A stretch of DNA of 64,000 bases from Candidatus Dojkabacteria bacterium. GTDB lineage: Bacteria; Patescibacteriota; Dojkabacteria; SC72. Of this stretch, positions 37,437 to 47,159 are shown one piece after another (the first letter of the stretch is position 1; the number at the start of each line of letters is the position of its first letter). Under the pieces are notes generated by a model that was given only the letters and a program-made list of their open reading frames with translations, was not told where the DNA came from and ran no database searches. The position numbers and the translations under genes are program-made. The stretch is from contig JBMNHC010000001.1 of assembly GCA_050950165.1 (NCBI GenBank), positions 593,073-657,072 on the forward strand. Reading direction: 5' to 3'.

Positions 37437-38564
37437 TTAATCCTTCTTACTTGTCAGGGATATTTTAATAGACTTGTTAATCTGAGGAGATGGCTTCTCT
37501 TTTCCTTTCTTGTCATCAGGATCTATCTCTTTATACTCTTTTAAAAACTCTTCCTTTGATACAACCCTATCTTTACTCTCTTTCTTTTCTTCCTTTTTAC
37601 TCTCTCCTTTCTGCTCAAAGAGTTCTCTTAAGGTTTTCTCTTTGTTAGGATTTTTATTCTCTCTAATCTTCTCTTCTATCTTCTTTGTAGTTGGATCACT
37701 TCCTTTTTTCGTTCCAAAAACTGATCTAAACAGAAGAGTTAGTAAGATTCCTAAAACAAAAGGAATAGCTAAAAGATAGAGTAAGTCAATATTGTTTAAT
37801 ATGGTATCCTGAATATCACTTTTTATGAGAGTATCCAGAGAGAAATATATCTTTTGATTGGATGTATCACTTGTCAGTGAAGAGTTCTCTCCTACCTCAA
37901 ATATTGTAGGTTCAGATATCTCACTAGTAAAACCATTCTTTCTAGTTAAACCTATTAACGTATATATTCCCTCTGCAAGAGAATCCTGTGGAGTAATCTC
38001 TGTACTCCATGAGCCAGTAGAATCTATATCTACAATCTCTGTGTGATTAAAAGTGTTAGAGGTTAGAAAAAGAATAACTTCGGAGTTAGCAAGACCATTT
38101 CCAGAGAGGGAAATAACGCCATCTTTTACAACAGGAGTTTTAAAAATTGGAGATCTAGGAAGAACAATAATTGTATATTCTAGTGTCTGAACATTATCAT
38201 CCTTATCATTAAATCTAAATCTTAGTTTATGTTCACCAATACCTAAGGAAGGTAAAGAGTAAGGACTTGTTATTACTTCAAAAGCTTTACCATCTATCTC
38301 TATCTCTACTCCCTTCTTACTAGGAGAAGGATCTGTAAATGTTATTGTATAGCTAGGATTATCAGTATAGAAAGGGATAGTAAAGCCCAATTGATTTTCG
38401 ATCTGCTCTTTTCTATTTTTCTCTATCTGATCTAATTGATTTATCTCTTCTGCTTTAACTTGAGAAGGAGCAAAGAGTTCTGAGAGAGTAATATCTTTCT
38501 GTTGTGCATAACTAACTATTGGAAAGAGAGAGAGTATTAAGATTGATAGTAATATCTTTTTCAT
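37437..38564 (-). CDS. Hypothetical secreted/bitopic protein with a Lys/Glu-rich cytoplasmic tail
   Basis: 375 aa. A signal peptide (MKKILLSILILSLFPIVSYA) and a mid-protein TM (LLYLLAIPFVLGILLTLLF) are followed by a KE-rich C-terminus. Confidence 0.55.
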   Translation of the reverse strand: MKKILLSILILSLFPIVSYAQQKDITLSELFAPSQVKAEEINQLDQIEKNRKEQIENQLGFTIPFYTDNPSYTITFTDPSPSKKGVEIEIDGKAFEVITSPYSLPSLGIGEHKLRFRFNDKDDNVQTLEYTIIVLPRSPIFKTPVVKDGVISLSGNGLANSEVILFLTSNTFNHTEIVDIDSTGSWSTEITPQDSLAEGIYTLIGLTRKNGFTSEISEPTIFEVGENSSLTSDTSNQKIYFSLDTLIKSDIQDTILNNIDLLYLLAIPFVLGILLTLLFRSVFGTKKGSDPTTKKIEEKIRENKNPNKEKTLRELFEQKGESKKEEKKESKDRVVSKEEFLKEYKEIDPDDKKGKEKPSPQINKSIKISLTSKKD

Positions 38565-38623
38565 TATTAAAGCAGTATTAGTTTAAACATTCTATTTATT
38601 TTATACGGAAATAGAAAAAGTTT

Positions 38624-39112
38624 CTAGTCAATCAATTTGTCTGTAAAAAGAATACCCTCTAAATGGTCATACTCATGCAATATCTCTCTAGCTTCCCAGT
38701 TTGAAAATATACCCTTCTCTTTTTTACCATCTCTGTTTAAATACTGAACCTTAATCTTTTTTACCCTTGCAACATTACCTACTCTATTTGGAATACTTAG
38801 ACATGCTTCTTTGTCTATAATTAGTTCGTCTTTAATTACCTTTATCTTAGGGTTAATCATTACTTTAAACCCTCCATCTTCATTTAATATACAGAAAGCT
38901 CTAATATCTTTTCCTGCTTGTATAGCAGCTAGTCCTGCTACTCTATACCCTTCTTCTGTTTCTGTATTTTTAGCAGTATGTATTAAATCATCCAGAAAGG
39001 ATTGGAAAGTACTAGATTCAATCTCCTCTTTGGAGACTTCTTTTGAGACCTTTCTTAATATCTTAAGGTCCTGCTTATTATCTACTTGTAATATCTTTAA
39101 CATTTTTGCCAT
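38624..39112 (-). CDS. def: Peptide deformylase
   Basis: 162 aa with PDF motifs (EACLSIPN ~ EGCLS; HEYDHLEG = HExxH). Confidence 0.85.
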   Translation of the reverse strand: MAKMLKILQVDNKQDLKILRKVSKEVSKEEIESSTFQSFLDDLIHTAKNTETEEGYRVAGLAAIQAGKDIRAFCILNEDGGFKVMINPKIKVIKDELIIDKEACLSIPNRVGNVARVKKIKVQYLNRDGKKEKGIFSNWEAREILHEYDHLEGILFTDKLID

Positions 39113-39142
39113 CTTGCAATTATATCACAGTAGAGGCTTTTT

Positions 39143-39856
39143 TCAGAAAGTAGAGAGCTCTTCTATACTCTTAATCTGCTTAATACCCTTATCTTTAATA
39201 TCTAGGGATGCTTTGTTAATAAATATGAGGTGTTTAATACCAGCTTTTTTAGCAGAGAGGATATCATCTTCGTAGTTATCTCCTATTACAAGAGTTTTTG
39301 TTAGATCAAAGTTAAACTTTTTTATAGCTTTACTCCAGTTATCACTACTCTTCTTTTCGTTAATTAGAGAAGAATATTTAGGTATCTTTATCTTTATTCC
39401 ATACTTGTTAAGAAGCTCTTTCTCAATATATTTAACCTTTATATCTGTCCATTCAGGTTGAGCATGAGAGTGGATAGCGATAGAGATTCCCCTATCAATG
39501 AATCTTTTTATTACATCAATAGAGTCTGGATGTAGCTTTGGAGATTGGTTATAGAACTTCTTACTCTTTTCTTCTATGAATTTCTTTATATCTGAATCTA
39601 AATTATTGCTATATATATTTTTAATAGCTGCTATTATCAGATCGTCTATTAATAGGGGCTTTTTCTCTCTTTTATATATCTGTACAGCTTCTAGGTATAT
39701 CTCTTCTACTTTTTTGCTATTACTCTCTCCTTCAAATTTTTTAATAGCATACTCTGCCATTTCAATCATGTTCTCTTTGTAGTAGAGAGATGTTTGAAAG
39801 AGAGTATCATCTAAATCAAATATTACGGCTTTAATATTATCTCTATTAATTTGCAT
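39143..39856 (-). CDS. HAD-superfamily hydrolase
   Basis: 237 aa with the DxD motif I (AVIFDLDDTLF) and HAD motif IV (VIGDNYEDDI). Confidence 0.7.
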   Translation of the reverse strand: MQINRDNIKAVIFDLDDTLFQTSLYYKENMIEMAEYAIKKFEGESNSKKVEEIYLEAVQIYKREKKPLLIDDLIIAAIKNIYSNNLDSDIKKFIEEKSKKFYNQSPKLHPDSIDVIKRFIDRGISIAIHSHAQPEWTDIKVKYIEKELLNKYGIKIKIPKYSSLINEKKSSDNWSKAIKKFNFDLTKTLVIGDNYEDDILSAKKAGIKHLIFINKASLDIKDKGIKQIKSIEELSTF

Positions 39857-39941
39857 GGATATATTCTATCCTAAATATCTTTTTAAGTGCAAAGAGTCAC
39901 TTGTTATGTTAATATTTAGTATAACTTGTTAGGAAAAACAT

Positions 39942-40691
39942 ATGATATTAGAGATATTAGGTTCTTTACTTTTACTTACATTTCTTTTTAGTATTAGAAT
40001 TATTCCTGAAGGACATAATGGTTTGGTACTAACTCTTGGAAAATATTCTAGAACACTTAATCCTGGTCTTAACTTTGTAATACCCTACTTTGAGTCTGTA
40101 CAAAAGATTGATATTAGGGAGCAAGTTATGGATATCCCTAAACAGGAGACAATTACATTGGATAATGTGTCGTGCATGATAGATGGTGTTGTTAGATTTA
40201 AGGTTGTTGATTCTATGATAGCTATATACAAGGTTCAGAATTATTTAAATCAGATATCTGCTAAATCTCAAACAGCTTTAAGAGATATTATTGGTAGTGT
40301 ATCACTAGATGAATTGTTATCTCAGAGGGTTCGTATTGCTGAACAGATTAAAGGTATTGTAGATCTTTCTGCTGAGAACTGGGGAGTAGATATATTGTCT
40401 GTAGAGATACAAAATATTGAAATTCCTTCAGATATGAAGAGAGCTATGGCACAACAGGCAGAGGCAGAGAGAGACAGGAAGGCTCGTATTATTAAAGCTG
40501 AGGGAGAGAAAGAGGCATCAGCAAAGCTATCTGAGGCTGCAGCTATACTATCTAAAAACAAAGGGGCTCTCTCTTTGAGAACACTTCAGACTCTTAAAGA
40601 GATATCTGCAGATCCTGCACAAAAGATTGTAATTACCATACCTAATGATTTTTTTGAGTTAGGAGATATTGTTAAGTCTGTGAAGAAGTAG
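39942..40691 (+). CDS. SPFH/band-7 (stomatin/prohibitin-like) membrane protein
   Basis: 249 aa. An N-terminal TM precedes the SPFH domain and an Ala/Glu-rich coiled-coil (RAMAQQAEAERDRKARIIKAEGEKEAS). Confidence 0.85.
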   Translation: MILEILGSLLLLTFLFSIRIIPEGHNGLVLTLGKYSRTLNPGLNFVIPYFESVQKIDIREQVMDIPKQETITLDNVSCMIDGVVRFKVVDSMIAIYKVQNYLNQISAKSQTALRDIIGSVSLDELLSQRVRIAEQIKGIVDLSAENWGVDILSVEIQNIEIPSDMKRAMAQQAEAERDRKARIIKAEGEKEASAKLSEAAAILSKNKGALSLRTLQTLKEISADPAQKIVITIPNDFFELGDIVKSVKK

Positions 40692-40707
40692 ATTAGGTAG
40701 TCAACGA

Positions 40708-41316
40708 TTACCTTTTCTTACGACTCTTTCTTCCTTCATATCTATATATAAATATGGACCAGATGCTACCTAGCATAATGATTACTCCAGCAACAGACAT
40801 AACTGTATCGAAATAGATCTCTCCTAAATTAGCAATATATCCTCCTAACAGTGCAATAAAGGAAGCAGACATACTCATGATAGTCTCATATATTGCATAC
40901 TGTTTACCTTCTCTACCTTCATCGATATTAAGTGCAAAGAGTTTTCTCCAATTTACTACATTCATAGATGCTCCTAGGCCGAAAATAAATTGGAGAAAGT
41001 AGTATTGATATTGGTTTGTAATTGAGGGATAAAGAAGAAAAGGTACTCCCATTAGAAGTACTCCTACAAAAAGAATAAGTATTTCATCTTTATCATGCTT
41101 ATACTTATCTGTTAATATCCCTATCGGTATCTGTAGTGAGGCTCTAGTAAAAAGATATATGAAAGTCCCTATACCTACAAATCTAACAACATCTTCTCCA
41201 AACTTAGTTGCTAAATAGAGACCAGTAAGCATAGAAATTATCATATGGGGTCCCCAAGTAAACACATCGGAGAGGCTTAGGCATATTACCACTTTGTTAA
41301 TCTTTGGCAGTTTCAT
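40708..41316 (-). CDS. Hypothetical polytopic membrane protein
   Basis: 202 aa with about 6 TM helices. It may be a transporter fragment; the family is unknown. Confidence 0.5.
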   Translation of the reverse strand: MKLPKINKVVICLSLSDVFTWGPHMIISMLTGLYLATKFGEDVVRFVGIGTFIYLFTRASLQIPIGILTDKYKHDKDEILILFVGVLLMGVPFLLYPSITNQYQYYFLQFIFGLGASMNVVNWRKLFALNIDEGREGKQYAIYETIMSMSASFIALLGGYIANLGEIYFDTVMSVAGVIIMLGSIWSIFIYRYEGRKSRKKR

Positions 41317-41360
41317 TACTTCTCTAGTCTATCTTCTTTCTTTCTTGGTGTAAATGAGAA

Positions 41361-41975
41361 CTATCTATTCCACCACTCTTTAATATCTGCTTCTGGTTGT
41401 AAGACTGTAGTTCTCATAACTAGACCGTCCATATTTGTAAGTTCTTCTGTAACCATTGAGTACAACTCAGTGTCAATCTCATCTCTACTTCTAGGTATGC
41501 CGTTTTCTGCTTCTTCTTTCGTAAAATAGTCAAAGAGTATATGAGTATCTAATCCTGATGTTCCCATAGATCTTACTCCAGGCTCTACAGTAGCAGCAAA
41601 AAGAATGATCATACTTGGTAGATAGCTATTTGATATCTTCTCATCTCTGTTATACAAAACTGTTCCTCCTTCAAAGATAACTTCGAATTCAAATTCTTCA
41701 GGTCTTAATTTAATACCAGTTACTTCACCTAAGCTTTTGATAGGCAGACCCTGAGGAAATTCTTTTGGTAGTAAAGAGTTGCCTCCTATAAAGCGGGTAT
41801 TTTCTAAATGATCAGCAGATAGTTCCTCTCTTATAACATCAATATATGCTTCTGAGGAAATCATTTCTTCTGTAGGATTTAGGTTTGAGTCATTTAAGAG
41901 GTTCTCTTGCTTCATTCTAAGTTTAAAGTATAAAAATTTAATCAAGACTTGTAGTACTTTTATATATGTAAACAA
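41361..41975 (-). CDS. Hypothetical protein
   Basis: 204 aa with coding-like composition and no recognisable motifs. Confidence 0.5.
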   Translation of the reverse strand: MFTYIKVLQVLIKFLYFKLRMKQENLLNDSNLNPTEEMISSEAYIDVIREELSADHLENTRFIGGNSLLPKEFPQGLPIKSLGEVTGIKLRPEEFEFEVIFEGGTVLYNRDEKISNSYLPSMIILFAATVEPGVRSMGTSGLDTHILFDYFTKEEAENGIPRSRDEIDTELYSMVTEELTNMDGLVMRTTVLQPEADIKEWWNR

Positions 41976-41984
41976 TATGAGATG

Positions 41985-43070
41985 TCAAATGGTCGTTATT
42001 ATTCCCCCTCCAACAACATAATCTCTGTTGTAAAAGACAACAGATTGTCCAGAAGTTGCAGCTCTCTGTTTTTTATTAAATACTACTTTTACCTTACCGT
42101 TACCTATATTTTCTACTGTTGCACTTGCTTCTTTTGCCTTATACCTAATCTTTGCTTTAACTTTAAGAGGGGTTGTTAATTCTTTAATACTGATCCAGTT
42201 TAACTTTTCAGCATATATCTCTTTTGTAAAAAGATTATCATTATCTCCTAGTATTACTCTATTGTTCTCTATATCTATATCCAAAACAAAAAGAGGCTTA
42301 CCTGTAGATATGCCTAAACCTCTTCTTTGCCCTATCGTATATTTTGTAATACCTTCGTGATACCCTAAGACATTACCCTGAGTATCTACAAATTCTCCTC
42401 TACTTGGCTCTCTGTTAGTATAATCTCTGATAAATCTGTAGTGGTCATTGTCATCTATAAAGCATATCTCTTGGCTATCTGGCTTAGAGGCAATATCTAG
42501 TTCTACCTTTTTTGCAATCTCTCTTACCTCTTCCTTACGACACATTCCTAGTGGAAAAAGAGTCTTAGAGAGTTGTTCTTGTGTTAAATTGTAAAGTACA
42601 TAGCTTTGGTCTTTACTCTCATCTTTTGCCTTTCTAAGAAGATATCTTCCATCTTTTTGCTCTACTCTTGCATAATGTCCAGTAGCAATATATTCAATAC
42701 CCATCTCTTTAGCTTTTTTAAGAAGAGATGCAAATTTAACATACCTGTTACATGCTACACATGGATTAGGTGTTCTTCCAGACTCATACTCTTTTACAAA
42801 GTACTCTATAACATACTTTTGGAAATCTCTCTCCATATTAAAGACAATGAGAGGGATATTTAATATGTCTGCTGTAGCTTGAGCATCTTTTATCGCTTGT
42901 GAAAAATCTTTTCTTGTATGAGGGTTGTTTTTCCATACCTGAATATGTACACCGATAACGTCATATCCTTGTTCTTTAAGAAGGTATGATGCAGTACAGC
43001 TATCTACACCTCCACTCATTCCTAATATTACTTTTTTCTTACTTCTTTTTTCCATCTTTTCTCTTTTCAT
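41985..43070 (-). CDS. mnmA: tRNA-specific 2-thiouridylase
   Basis: 361 aa with the PP-loop SGGVDSCTASYLL. It lies downstream of the nifS-iscU pair. Confidence 0.9.
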   Translation of the reverse strand: MKREKMEKRSKKKVILGMSGGVDSCTASYLLKEQGYDVIGVHIQVWKNNPHTRKDFSQAIKDAQATADILNIPLIVFNMERDFQKYVIEYFVKEYESGRTPNPCVACNRYVKFASLLKKAKEMGIEYIATGHYARVEQKDGRYLLRKAKDESKDQSYVLYNLTQEQLSKTLFPLGMCRKEEVREIAKKVELDIASKPDSQEICFIDDNDHYRFIRDYTNREPSRGEFVDTQGNVLGYHEGITKYTIGQRRGLGISTGKPLFVLDIDIENNRVILGDNDNLFTKEIYAEKLNWISIKELTTPLKVKAKIRYKAKEASATVENIGNGKVKVVFNKKQRAATSGQSVVFYNRDYVVGGGIITTI

Positions 43071-43425
43071 AATTCTCTAGTGCACTCTTAACAGCTTCTT
43101 CAGCTAGGTTTGAGCAGTGCATCTTTATAGGGGGTAGTCCATCTAGAGCTTTTGCTACTTCCTTGTTTGTGATCTCTTTTGCTTCTTTAATGGTTTTACC
43201 TTTTATTAACTCTGTAACCATACTACTTGTAGCAATAGCTGCTCCACATCCAAATGTTTGGAATTTTACATCTACGATTACATCATCTTTAATCTTTAAA
43301 TACATTTTCATAATATCTCCACATTTAGGATTTCCTACTTCACCTACTGCATCTGCATCTTTAATAACTCCTACATTTCTAGGATTAAAGAAGTGATCCA
43401 TAACTTTTTTACTGTAATCTTCCAT
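43039..43425 (-). CDS. iscU: Fe-S cluster assembly scaffold (IscU/NifU-type)
   Basis: 128 aa with conserved Cys in GNPKCGD, TFGCGAAIA and HCS. Confidence 0.85.
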   Translation of the reverse strand: MEDYSKKVMDHFFNPRNVGVIKDADAVGEVGNPKCGDIMKMYLKIKDDVIVDVKFQTFGCGAAIATSSMVTELIKGKTIKEAKEITNKEVAKALDGLPPIKMHCSNLAEEAVKSALENYEKRKDGKKK

Positions 43426-43429
43426 ACAT

Positions 43430-44596
43430 TTAATCTTTAGATATTAATGGTGACATATCTCTTAGCTTTTGTACAATTGGAGGTAGAACTTCTAAAAGAT
43501 ACTCTACATCCTGCTTAGTATTCTCTTCTGAGAAAGTTAGTCTTAATGAGCCGTGTGCAATCTCGTGAGGTATACCTATTGCTAAAAGTACATGAGAAGG
43601 TTCTAGAGAGCCTGAAGTACATGCTGATCCACTTGAAGCGGATATTCCTTTCATATCTAGCATAAGGAGGATAGATTCTCCTTCGATATATTTAAAACAA
43701 ACATTAACATTGTTAGGAAGTCTTTTCTCTAAATCCCCATTTACTTGCATATCTGGTATTCTTTTAAGTAGTCCATCTATTGTCATATCTCTTAGTTTAA
43801 TCAGCTTTTTGTTTCTTTTAGAAATATCCTTTGTAGCGATCTCGATAGCTTTGCCTAATCCTACAATACCTGCAACATTTTCAGTCCCAGCTCTTCTGTT
43901 TCTCTCTTGTGCTCCTCCATGTAGAAGTGAAGATATATTAACTCCATTATTAATGAAAAGAGCTCCTACTCCTTTAGGTCCACCGAATTTATGTGCAGAG
44001 AGTGAAAGCATATCTATATTTAATCTTTTTACATCTATCGGTATCTGTCCAATTGCTTGTACTGCATCTGTATGAAAGTATATATTTTTCTCTTTTGCAA
44101 TCTTTCCAATCTCCTCAATTGGTTGAATGGTTCCTATCTCATTATTAGCAAACATAATGGATATTAATATGGTTGTACTTTTTATAGCCTTCTTTAAATC
44201 TTTAATATTTATAATTCCATTTCTATTTACAGGCAGATATGTGATTTCAAAACCTTCTTTCTCTAGATATTTGCATGTGTGAAGTAGTGCATGATGTTCT
44301 ATACTTGTTGTAATTATATGATTTCCTCTACTTCTGTTTGCAAAAGCAGTTCCTTTTATAGCCCAGTTATCTGATTCTGTTCCTCCTGATGTAAAAAATA
44401 TCTCCGAAGGTTGTACCCCTATTGCTTTAGCTACTCTCTCTCTGGCTTTCTCTATGGCAGCTCTACTCTGTTTACCTATGCTGTATATACTGGATGCGTT
44501 TCCATACATATCTTTAAGGTATGGAATCATCTCGTCTAGGACTAAGGGATTTAGTCTTGTAGTTGCAGCATTGTCTAAATAAATATTCTGTTTCAT
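43430..44596 (-). CDS. nifS: Cysteine desulfurase (NifS/IscS)
   Basis: 388 aa, PLP fold type I. SAHKFGGPKG carries the PLP lysine and SSGSACTSGS the catalytic Cys. Confidence 0.9.
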   Translation of the reverse strand: MKQNIYLDNAATTRLNPLVLDEMIPYLKDMYGNASSIYSIGKQSRAAIEKARERVAKAIGVQPSEIFFTSGGTESDNWAIKGTAFANRSRGNHIITTSIEHHALLHTCKYLEKEGFEITYLPVNRNGIINIKDLKKAIKSTTILISIMFANNEIGTIQPIEEIGKIAKEKNIYFHTDAVQAIGQIPIDVKRLNIDMLSLSAHKFGGPKGVGALFINNGVNISSLLHGGAQERNRRAGTENVAGIVGLGKAIEIATKDISKRNKKLIKLRDMTIDGLLKRIPDMQVNGDLEKRLPNNVNVCFKYIEGESILLMLDMKGISASSGSACTSGSLEPSHVLLAIGIPHEIAHGSLRLTFSEENTKQDVEYLLEVLPPIVQKLRDMSPLISKD

Positions 44597-44902
44597 ATTC
44601 AGAATTCTATCATGTCAAGATATCAATTATCCACATATTTAAGTTGGGAGGATTGTAAAAAAAAAGAACAGTACACCAAACTGCACTGCTCAAACCAGGA
44701 ACCTGTACATCTCAATACAGGAATTGACTTAAACAGATAAGAGATCAGTTTTATACTAATCAACTATTTAAGCGTAAGTAGCCGAAGCCACAATACAGTA
44801 CAATTCTCGTCCATGGTAGTGAAGATAAAGGCGATTGGACCAATATCAACACAGTTGTCTCGAAGACCAACCATGAGGACTCGAACCTCCTAGTAGGATA
44901 AA

Positions 44903-44930
44903 TTTATAGAATTTTAGGGAAGATGTCAAC
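44903..44930 (-). promoter_or_regulatory. Near-consensus sigma70-like promoter (TTGACA-N16-TATAAA) heading a ~300-nt leader upstream of nifS
   Basis: On the minus strand, TTGACA is at 44930-44925 and TATAAA at 44908-44903. An AGGAGG and a 36-codon sORF (44874-44764) follow. Confidence 0.45.
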
Positions 44931-45002
44931 ACTTTAATGAAATTATGGACTATAAGTTAGCGGGATGGGTATAATGGGATATATAAATTATTTTTATCAT
45001 CT

Positions 45003-46097
45003 ATGAATAGACAGAAAAGGTATATGAATAAAGCACTAATATTAGTAGCTTTCTTTATCGTTCTTACAGTAGTTACTAACGGTGTCATTAAATATATCAA
45101 CTCAAAAAGTATTACTCCCAGATCTATACTTAATGAAATGACTGTAGAACAGAAAGTAGGTCAGCTTTTTATGCTTGGATTCTGGGGACAAGAACCAGAC
45201 TACTACATTACGAAAATGATATCTGAAAGAGAAATAGGTGGTGTTATTCTTTTTAAATACAATATTGATAACAAGGATCAGGTAATTAAACTAACAACAA
45301 AGTTACAGAAAATGTCTGCAGTCCCTCTCTTTATCTCTGTTGATCAGGAGGGAGGTGTAGTATCAAGAGTTGAGTTTGAAGGAACTAGTAGTATTTCACA
45401 GGCAGATATTAAAGATGAAACAGAAGCATTTACTGTTGCAAAACGAAGAGCAGAAGAGTTAAAAGAATTAGGTATTAATATGAATCTCTCTCCTGTGGTA
45501 GATAGTATATCTGATGAAAATGCATATCTTTTTAATAGGGCATTTAGAGGTGAAAGAGATGAAATTGTATCTCTTTCTAAAGGGATGATTAAAGGTTACA
45601 AAGAGGGAGGAGTACTCTCCACGATTAAACATTTTCCAGGGCATAGTAATGCAAGTGTAGATTTTCATAGTGCATTGGATAGTGTAGATATACCTGGAGA
45701 GGAGTTAGATCTGTATATATATCCATTTAAAGAAGCACTAGGTGTATCAGATGCAGTGATAGTTGGTCATATTCTTTTCCCACAGATAGATGCACAGTAT
45801 CCTGCTTCTCTATCTCCATACTTTATAAATGACTTACTTAGAAAAAAGTTAGGGTTTAATGGTTTAGTAATTACAGATGATATGCAGATGAAATCAGTGT
45901 ATGATAGGTATAGTATTGCTCAAGCTGCTGTTCAAGCAATTCTTGCAGGAAATGATATACTAATATATTCAGGTAGTCCTCAAGAGCAAGCAGATGCATA
46001 CAATGCAGTAGTAAAGGCAGTAAATGATGGAGTAATATCTGAAAAAGATTTAGATAGTAAAGTATTAAGAATACTTACTGTAAAGAATTCTCTTTAG
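45003..46097 (+). CDS. nagZ: Beta-N-acetylhexosaminidase (GH3, NagZ-like)
   Basis: 364 aa with KVGQLFMLGF and ISVDQEGGVVSRV. The catalytic region HFPGHS...ITDDMQM matches the GH3 KHFPGHG/D motif. Confidence 0.85.
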   Translation: MNRQKRYMNKALILVAFFIVLTVVTNGVIKYINSKSITPRSILNEMTVEQKVGQLFMLGFWGQEPDYYITKMISEREIGGVILFKYNIDNKDQVIKLTTKLQKMSAVPLFISVDQEGGVVSRVEFEGTSSISQADIKDETEAFTVAKRRAEELKELGINMNLSPVVDSISDENAYLFNRAFRGERDEIVSLSKGMIKGYKEGGVLSTIKHFPGHSNASVDFHSALDSVDIPGEELDLYIYPFKEALGVSDAVIVGHILFPQIDAQYPASLSPYFINDLLRKKLGFNGLVITDDMQMKSVYDRYSIAQAAVQAILAGNDILIYSGSPQEQADAYNAVVKAVNDGVISEKDLDSKVLRILTVKNSL

Positions 46098-46125
46098 TAT
46101 ATTTAAATTTTTATTCCAAAAATAT

Positions 46126-46506
46126 ATGTCATTTTATATAGATAATATCGAGGAGCAAACAAAGAACAATACTAGTTTTAGAAAGGTTCTTTTTACTGGT
46201 TCTCATATGCAATTAGTGGTAATGTCTCTTAAGCCAAGAGAAGAGATTGGGCAAGAGGTTCATGATACAGTAGATCAGTTCTTCAGAATTGAAGAGGGTG
46301 AGGCTAAGGTAATAGTTGATGGAGTTGAGCATACAGCAGGTGAGGATATGGTCTTTATTGTTCCTGCAGGTGCTGATCATAATGTAATAAATACATCTGA
46401 TACAGAAGATCTTAAGCTTTATACAATATATGCTCCAGCTAATCATCCAGCAAATACAGAGCATGTGACAAAAGAGGAAGCTATGGAAGCAGAAGAGCAT
46501 CATTAG
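46126..46506 (+). CDS. Cupin-domain protein
   Basis: 126 aa. The His/Glu spacing is cupin-like (HDTVDQFFRIEEGEA...HTAGEDMVFIVPAGADHNV). Confidence 0.6.
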   Translation: MSFYIDNIEEQTKNNTSFRKVLFTGSHMQLVVMSLKPREEIGQEVHDTVDQFFRIEEGEAKVIVDGVEHTAGEDMVFIVPAGADHNVINTSDTEDLKLYTIYAPANHPANTEHVTKEEAMEAEEHH

Positions 46507-46556
46507 TTGTAAGTAAGATAGTGAAAGTTAAAGACCTCGTATGGGGTCTTTTTCTT

Positions 46557-47081
46557 TTAGAACTTAGGAGGAGTTGTACTGTCCTGATCTTTGTATTTGC
46601 TCTCTTTTTCTCCCTCTATCGGAGTAGATAGTTGGGCAAAAAGATATGTACCAATCTTTTCTCCTTCATGCAAAACAATATCATATGGTCCTAAGTTTTT
46701 AATCTCTAATACAGAATTTTCTCTACTAAAAGGTAATCCGTCTAAAACCATAGCAGTAATGTGAATAGCAAGTCCTACTCTTGCATATGTACTTCTTCCA
46801 TCCAATATCGTCATTATATCCCTCTCTGTTTGAATACTTTGTTTTGTACTACCTAGTACAAAAGAGTTAGGTTTAAGAATATATGATGATTGTGAGAGAT
46901 CAAAGGTTTCGTATTTTAATTCAGGTATATTTTTACTATCAATAGGTTCTGTAGGTATTGGAAGTAGAAGTTTAGGTCCTAGATGTAGGACTAGTCCGTT
47001 ACTTTCTATATCAATATCACCTATTACAGTGATTTTACCAGCTTCTATATATTCTCTAATAGTTTTGTTTGAAAGAAACAT
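46557..47081 (-). CDS. dcd: dCTP deaminase family protein
   Basis: 174 aa. The N-terminal MFLSNKTIREYIEAGKITV is dCTP deaminase/dUTPase-fold. Confidence 0.8.
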   Translation of the reverse strand: MFLSNKTIREYIEAGKITVIGDIDIESNGLVLHLGPKLLLPIPTEPIDSKNIPELKYETFDLSQSSYILKPNSFVLGSTKQSIQTERDIMTILDGRSTYARVGLAIHITAMVLDGLPFSRENSVLEIKNLGPYDIVLHEGEKIGTYLFAQLSTPIEGEKESKYKDQDSTTPPKF

Positions 47082-47159
47082 ATTAAAATATACTACTATA
47101 CTTTAAGAGTTAAAAGGAGCAACTAGATACTATGGGCTGTAAGTGGTATAATTTAAGAT

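Noticed and set aside
44866-44900. A tRNA-like T-arm (GAGGTTCGAGTCCTC on the minus strand), suggesting a tRNA, tmRNA or tRNA pseudogene in the nifS upstream region
   Set aside because: No matching acceptor 5' strand, D-arm or anticodon arm could be built on either side. The tmRNA length would run into the nagZ CDS. It was re-interpreted as part of an SD-containing hairpin in the nifS leader.
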